Source: Leptolyngbyaceae cyanobacterium
Lineage (GTDB): Bacteria > Cyanobacteriota > Cyanobacteriia > Phormidesmidales > Phormidesmidaceae
Assembly: GCA_965263355.1 (NCBI GenBank)
Contig: CBDHHL010000056.1
Location: 512,001 to 576,000, forward strand
Reading direction: 5' to 3'
DNA: 64,000 nt
In this document: piece by piece, positions 59,224 through 64,000 of the stretch
How positions within the stretch are numbered: the stretch's first letter is position 1
Layout: each line of letters begins with the position of its first letter
The notes under the pieces: generated by a model
Told to the model about the DNA's origin: nothing
The model's input: only the letters and a program-made list of their open reading frames with translations
Databases searched by the model: none
Made by a program: the position numbers and the translations under genes

Positions 59224-60084
59224 ATGTCGGCAACAAAGGCACGAGTAGTCTGCTGTGAGGACCACACCCATAACCTTACTTTATTATCCACAGCCTTGAC
59301 CCAGGCTGGATTTTGGGACTGCCTCTCCTCATCTATCGAGGCGACAGACGTTGCATCAGAGGATTTTAACATTCTCATTATCCCCGATTTTTCCTACTTT
59401 AGTGAAACCTCCTCTACGGGAACTGACCCCGCTCTGGTAGAGGGGTTAATCGATTTACTCCACAAGCAAGGGTATACCAATGTCGTGGTGGGGGCCTCCC
59501 AGGGAAGTGCTGTCTAGTGGCTAGAAAACCGTGATGTCATGGTGGGGGCAGATATGGTCGGATATCGATTTGTGACTGAAGCTGGCCATGACTATGATGT
59601 GATTGATTTATCAGAGGATAGGGTGGATGTGCCATTTCCCCAGGAAAGTGTACTCCATGGTACGGAACTGGCCCGTCCCTGGGTGGAGGCAGAGTTTCGC
59701 ATTATTGATGAGTGACCCGATCTGTTTGATAGTTTGCGCAGTATACGGCAGGCAGCGACCCAGGCCTATGATGTATTGTGTCGTGGTTCGTTTTTTACTA
59801 GTAATCGTCATATTCTCAGCGCCATGAGAATTAGTCGTTTTTCGCTGATTGATTCTCTCCATGCCTGTCAACTTTCCCGAGATCAGTCACTTCTGTTTAC
59901 GGCAAATCGCGGCTTAAATCATATTACGCTTTACGATTATCCCTCGGCAAAATTGCGTTTGCGGGTGCCCATGCCAGATTTACAGAATTATGTGCCAGGT
60001 CTCTCTCCTTTGGCCGATCCTCACCTTGGGTTTCACCATAGTTATCTCATCAGTCCTGATAGCTTAGGACAACATCAAAGCTAA
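59224..60084 (+). pseudogene. Degraded gene(s): DUF362-like N-part joined to an unrelated C-terminal fragment
   Basis: One reading frame with in-frame stops TAG 59515 and TGA 59713. TDPALVE.LIDLL...GY and ARPWVEAEFRI resemble DUF362 proteins. Confidence 0.6.
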
Positions 60085-60122
60085 AAAGTAGGCTATGGAC
60101 ACAGCCAGACTAATGTAATCAT

Positions 60123-60157
60123 AAAAAAAGAGGCTACTGAGCTAAAACAGCAGCCTC
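60123..60157 (-). terminator. Intrinsic terminator
   Basis: GAGGCTACTG...CAGCAGCCTC stem with T7 on the minus strand. Confidence 0.55.
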
Positions 60158-60210
60158 CAAAAATATCACTAGAACACGCGAAATCTTAATGATCACAAAC
60201 AAGCTAATCT

Positions 60211-60993
60211 TCAGCCAACAGAATTTAAGGCAAGGCAAGCCGTCTGATGTTGAGAACGATTCCGTTTGCCCAGGATAAGGATGCCTGCCAGTAAACTAAC
60301 CCCTAATAGGGCACCTGGTTCTGGTGTTTGAACAGGCTCATCTTCAGGATCAGGATTGACACTAATCAGTTCACCGCCCAGCAACTTATCACTCAAGTTT
60401 CCATTAACCTGCTGAAAACGAACTGCAACATTTAACTCCTCAGCCATAATAGCGGCTTCAAATCGGGCTCGAAATTCTTCTACTGATTCGCCATTAAGGC
60501 CATCAAACACTAATGAAGCATTATTTGTTAATCCCTCAGCCAAGGCACCATTAGCATTGCCCCCTACAAAGTTGTTATTGTCAGCAATGGCAAAATCAAA
60601 GTTACCTACACCTGCCATACCGCTAAATGGTTGGAAGCTAACATTTTCTAGTAATGTATCCAGTTCAGTGCCAAGATTGCTGGATGCCAGGCTAAACTCA
60701 TCAAACATATCAAAGGCAATACCTGTGAGTTTCGATGTGGTTGCCCCAACCCCAAAGGTTTCTTCTCCAGTTGTATTTTTAATTTCTAGATCAATCTGAA
60801 CTTGATCGCTCCCAAGGTCCTGAAACTCAAACTTGACGGTAGCGGCTGCCCCTGTGGCTGTTGGATTTGATGATTCGCTATCTACACCGAAGTTATAAGT
60901 AAATGCACTAGCCGGGAACGTAGTGGCTAAAACAGTACTGATCCCTATTCCCAAAGCTAATGAAACCGTTGACATTACAGATTGTGTGTGCAT
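60211..60993 (-). CDS. PEP-CTERM surface protein
   Basis: Signal peptide ending PASA, and TPEPG-hydrophobic-KRNR. Confidence 0.85.
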   Translation of the reverse strand: MHTQSVMSTVSLALGIGISTVLATTFPASAFTYNFGVDSESSNPTATGAAATVKFEFQDLGSDQVQIDLEIKNTTGEETFGVGATTSKLTGIAFDMFDEFSLASSNLGTELDTLLENVSFQPFSGMAGVGNFDFAIADNNNFVGGNANGALAEGLTNNASLVFDGLNGESVEEFRARFEAAIMAEELNVAVRFQQVNGNLSDKLLGGELISVNPDPEDEPVQTPEPGALLGVSLLAGILILGKRNRSQHQTACLALNSVG

Positions 60994-61308
60994 ACTTTCT
61001 ATTTCCTAGACGTTTTTGCAGGCTAAAGAAACTTGTTATGTGACAAACGTTTTGCCACTACCAGATCAATGTATCTATTTACACAAGTAGATGTCATCCC
61101 AAAGACTAACGATTGGCAATAGCTTTAAGCACTGCAAAAAAAGGGTTATAGACTTTTACTAAAAACCTTTAAATATGCGGATAAGCACGTATAAAAAATC
61201 TATTAAGGTAAATTTTAGGAGTAATTTCCAGGAAATATACTTAGCCATCCTTCAAGAAGGCAAAGACACAATCACCGACCAGTAATGATTTCTGCATGTA
61301 AATTCCCC

Positions 61309-61340
61309 TAGACCCTATAGTTTACTGTAGGGTCTAAGCT
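61309..61340 (+). promoter_or_regulatory. MerR/CueR-type metal-responsive promoter
   Basis: -35 TAGACC, 20-bp spacer, -10 TAAGCT. Dyad TAGACCCTATAG-TTTA-CTGTAGGGTCTA. Confidence 0.75.
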
Positions 61341-61366
61341 AAGAGGAGTTCATCAGGAAGTAAACC

Positions 61367-61564
61367 ATGACCCTCCAGCTAACGGTTCCCAACATGGCCT
61401 GTGATGCCTGTGCCAAAAACATCACAAACGCGGTTAAAGCGCTAGACGGCAATGCAACAGTCACCGCCGATCCAAAAACTAAGCAGGTAGATATCGAGAC
61501 AGAAACGGCTGAAGCCAGCATACGAGAGGCCCTTGAAAAAGCAGGCTATCCGGCTTCGGCTTAA
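61367..61564 (+). CDS. copZ: Copper chaperone (HMA domain)
   Basis: 65 aa with MACDAC, upstream of the P1B ATPase. Confidence 0.9.
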   Translation: MTLQLTVPNMACDACAKNITNAVKALDGNATVTADPKTKQVDIETETAEASIREALEKAGYPASA

Positions 61565-61600
61565 CTCACCCCGTTACCCCTCAGTGTCTAGGAGGCCACT

Positions 61601-63859
61601 ATGACTACTGCAACCCTAGCCCTAAAGGGTATGAGCTGTGCGGCCTGTGCCAATGCTGTTGAAACCGCCATTCAACAGGTGCCAGGGGTCAATACAGCCC
61701 AGGTTAATTTTGCGGCTGAGCAGGCCAGTGTTGACTTTGATGAGCATAGAACTGGTGTAGATGCCATCACCGCTGCTGTTATCGAAGCAGGGTATAAAGC
61801 GGCTGAAGTTAGGGACATCGGCATTGATATTGAAAAAGACCAAACTGAACGACAACGACAACAACGGTCGCTATGGTCGCGGGTGGTGGTCAGCGGCATT
61901 GTGGGTATTGTGCTGATTGTGGGCTCTATGCCGGCCATGCTGGGCATTCACATTCCCGGTTGGCCGATACTGTTGCACAATGCTTGGTTACAGTTGGTGT
62001 TGTCAACACCGGTTTTGTTCTGGTGTGGCCAGTCGTTTTTTGTGGGAGCCTGGAAAGCGTTTGCCCATCGAGCGGCTAATATGAATACCCTGGTAGCCTT
62101 GGGGACGGGAACAGCCTATCTTTATTCTCTATTTGTCACGCTGTTTCCTTACGTGCTAACGGCCCAAGGACTAACCCCTGAAGTGTATTACGAAGCGGCG
62201 GTGGTCATTATTGCCCTGCTACTCCTGGGACGTTATTTAGAGAATCGAGCCAGGGGACATACCTCAGATGCGATTCGTCAGCTAATGGGACTACAGCCCA
62301 ACATGGCCAGGGTGATCCGCCAGGATAGAGAACTTGATATCCCCATCGAGGCGGTGGTGGTGGGGGATGTGGTAGTGGTGCGCCCCGGCGAAAAAATTCC
62401 TGTGGATGGTGAAGTAATATCAGGCATTTCTACCGTGGATGAGTCCATGGTGACTGGCGAACCTATTCCCGTCCAAAAGACTAGAGGCGACGACGTTATT
62501 GGGGCCACTATCAACAAAACCGGCAGCTTTCGCCTGCGGGCAGCACGGGTGGGCAAAGACACGATGCTGGCCCAAATTGTGCAGCTAGTCCAGGCGGCCC
62601 AGGGGTCAAAAGCCCCCATTCAAAAGCTGGCGGATCAGGTGACTGGCTTATTTGTCCCAGTGGTTATTGCGATCGCACTCCTCACCTTCATGCTCTGGTT
62701 TAACCTTACGGGCAACACCACCCTATCGCTCCTCACCACCGTTGGGGTTTTAATCATTGCCTGCCCCTGTGCCCTGGGCTTGGCCACACCCACATCGATC
62801 ATGGTGGGTACCGGTAAAGGGGCTGAGAACGGCATTTTGATCAAAGATGCCGAGAGTTTAGAGCAGGCCCACAGGCTGCAAACCATTGTGCTGGATAAAA
62901 CCGGCACCCTCACCCAGGGTAACCCCACGGTGACGGACTATCTAACGGTGCGGGAAACTGCTGATGGCAATGGCAGTAGGTTGCTTCAGCTGGCTGCCGC
63001 CGTTGAAAATCAGTCTGAGCATCCCTTGGCGGCGGCTATTGTACAGTATGCCAAAGACCAGGGTGTGGAGGCGCTACCCCTGGTTGACAATTTTGAAGCC
63101 ATCGTCGGCAGTGGGGTCCAGGGTACTGTCAATGAGCGGCAGGTACATATCGGTACGGAAGCGTGGATGCAGAGTCTCGGCATTGATACCGCGATTCTAC
63201 AAGGGCAGCGACAGGCCTGGGAAGCAACGGCTAAAACCACGGTATGGATTGCGGTGGACGGGAACGCAGAAGCCCTCTTGGCCATCGCTGATGCCCTGAA
63301 ACCCTCATCGGCTGGAGCCATCCGAGCATTACAACGCCTGGGGTTAGAAATCGTGATGCTGACCGGGGATAACCCCCAAACAGCTGCGGCCATTGCCCAG
63401 AAGGTGGGCATTCATCGGTATATTGCCCAGGTGCGTCCCGACCAGAAAGCGGCCCATGTGCAACAGCTGCAGGCGGACGGGAAACAAGTGGCCATGGTCG
63501 GCGATGGGATTAATGATGCCCCGGCCCTGGCTCAGGCAGATGTGGGCATTGCCATTGGTACCGGGACTGATATTGCGATCGCAGCCAGCGATATTACCCT
63601 AATTTCTGGAGACCTCAGCGGTATTGTTACCGCTATTCGTCTAAGCAAAGCGACCATGGCCAATATCCGCCAAAATCTGTTCTTTGCCTTTATCTACAAT
63701 GTGGTGGGTATTCCCATTGCCGCCGGTATCCTTTACCCAATTTTGGGCTGGCTTTTGAACCCAATGATTGCTGGCGCAGCCATGGCCTTTAGCTCAGTTT
63801 CTGTGGTCACCAATGCCCTGCGATTGAGAAAATTTAAACCTGAAGGGGTACGGCAATGA
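61601..63859 (+). CDS. copA: Cu(I)-translocating P1B-type ATPase
   Basis: [30 protein letters not shown] and MAFSS motifs. Confidence 0.95.
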   Translation: MTTATLALKGMSCAACANAVETAIQQVPGVNTAQVNFAAEQASVDFDEHRTGVDAITAAVIEAGYKAAEVRDIGIDIEKDQTERQRQQRSLWSRVVVSGIVGIVLIVGSMPAMLGIHIPGWPILLHNAWLQLVLSTPVLFWCGQSFFVGAWKAFAHRAANMNTLVALGTGTAYLYSLFVTLFPYVLTAQGLTPEVYYEAAVVIIALLLLGRYLENRARGHTSDAIRQLMGLQPNMARVIRQDRELDIPIEAVVVGDVVVVRPGEKIPVDGEVISGISTVDESMVTGEPIPVQKTRGDDVIGATINKTGSFRLRAARVGKDTMLAQIVQLVQAAQGSKAPIQKLADQVTGLFVPVVIAIALLTFMLWFNLTGNTTLSLLTTVGVLIIACPCALGLATPTSIMVGTGKGAENGILIKDAESLEQAHRLQTIVLDKTGTLTQGNPTVTDYLTVRETADGNGSRLLQLAAAVENQSEHPLAAAIVQYAKDQGVEALPLVDNFEAIVGSGVQGTVNERQVHIGTEAWMQSLGIDTAILQGQRQAWEATAKTTVWIAVDGNAEALLAIADALKPSSAGAIRALQRLGLEIVMLTGDNPQTAAAIAQKVGIHRYIAQVRPDQKAAHVQQLQADGKQVAMVGDGINDAPALAQADVGIAIGTGTDIAIAASDITLISGDLSGIVTAIRLSKATMANIRQNLFFAFIYNVVGIPIAAGILYPILGWLLNPMIAGAAMAFSSVSVVTNALRLRKFKPEGVRQ

Positions 63860-64000
63860 AATCAAAGACATTTCTGTTGAGTGGTTTATTTTGTTTGGGC
63901 CTAATTATAAGCACAGCAACCATGGCCAGTGGAAATATTGACGAGTTTCAAGCAATTGAACAACCGTTAGGGGTCAAATTAGGCGTAACGGTCATAGGTT
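63856..64000 (+). CDS. 5' part of an exported/membrane protein, probably cupredoxin-domain, partial
   Basis: ATGA overlap with the copA stop. [18 protein letters not shown]...[18 protein letters not shown] resembles proteins that follow cyanobacterial copA. Confidence 0.6.
   Translation, partial: MKSKTFLLSGLFCLGLIISTATMASGNIDEFQAIEQPLGVKLGVTVIG

Noticed and set aside
59515..59715. Programmed read-through (pyrrolysine/selenocysteine) of the in-frame TAG and TGA
   Set aside because: No supporting machinery or SECIS-like evidence, and the gene also appears truncated, so decay is simpler.
1..64000. tRNA, rRNA, CRISPR arrays, intact transposases, prophage genes
   Set aside because: None recognised by eye. 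A covariance-model scan would be needed to exclude small RNAs.

Overview
64-kb accessory-rich window from a cyanobacterium, indicated by frequent HIP1 GCGATCGC octamers, PEP-CTERM proteins and cyanobacterial-type repeats. 1-18 kb is a decayed integron neighbourhood: two attC-like hairpins, a truncated intI and several gene relics. It surrounds a 4,309-aa teneurin-like YD/RHS polymorphic toxin and its candidate immunity gene. The toxin carries an animal-type haem peroxidase domain that appears circularly permuted, plus an FG-GAP insert. 18-31 kb holds DUF1501/DUF1800, two glycerophosphodiesterases, a dynamin-like protein, a DnaJ-TPR protein, a dual-receiver regulator and a MepA-like peptidase. 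31-41 kb is a co-oriented run: a stand-alone NRPS (A-MT-T-R, Lys/Arg-type code), an NNMT/PNMT-family methyltransferase and two hybrid sensor kinases, which is a candidate signal synthase/receptor system. 42-64 kb holds a 5xCHRD-RTX protein, a putative AraC regulon marked by three copies of a ~50-bp promoter motif, a pair of Rieske-fused enzymes and a copZ-copA operon with a MerR-type promoter. About eight broken or fragmentary genes are visible. All family calls come from motif recognition by eye, without database searches.
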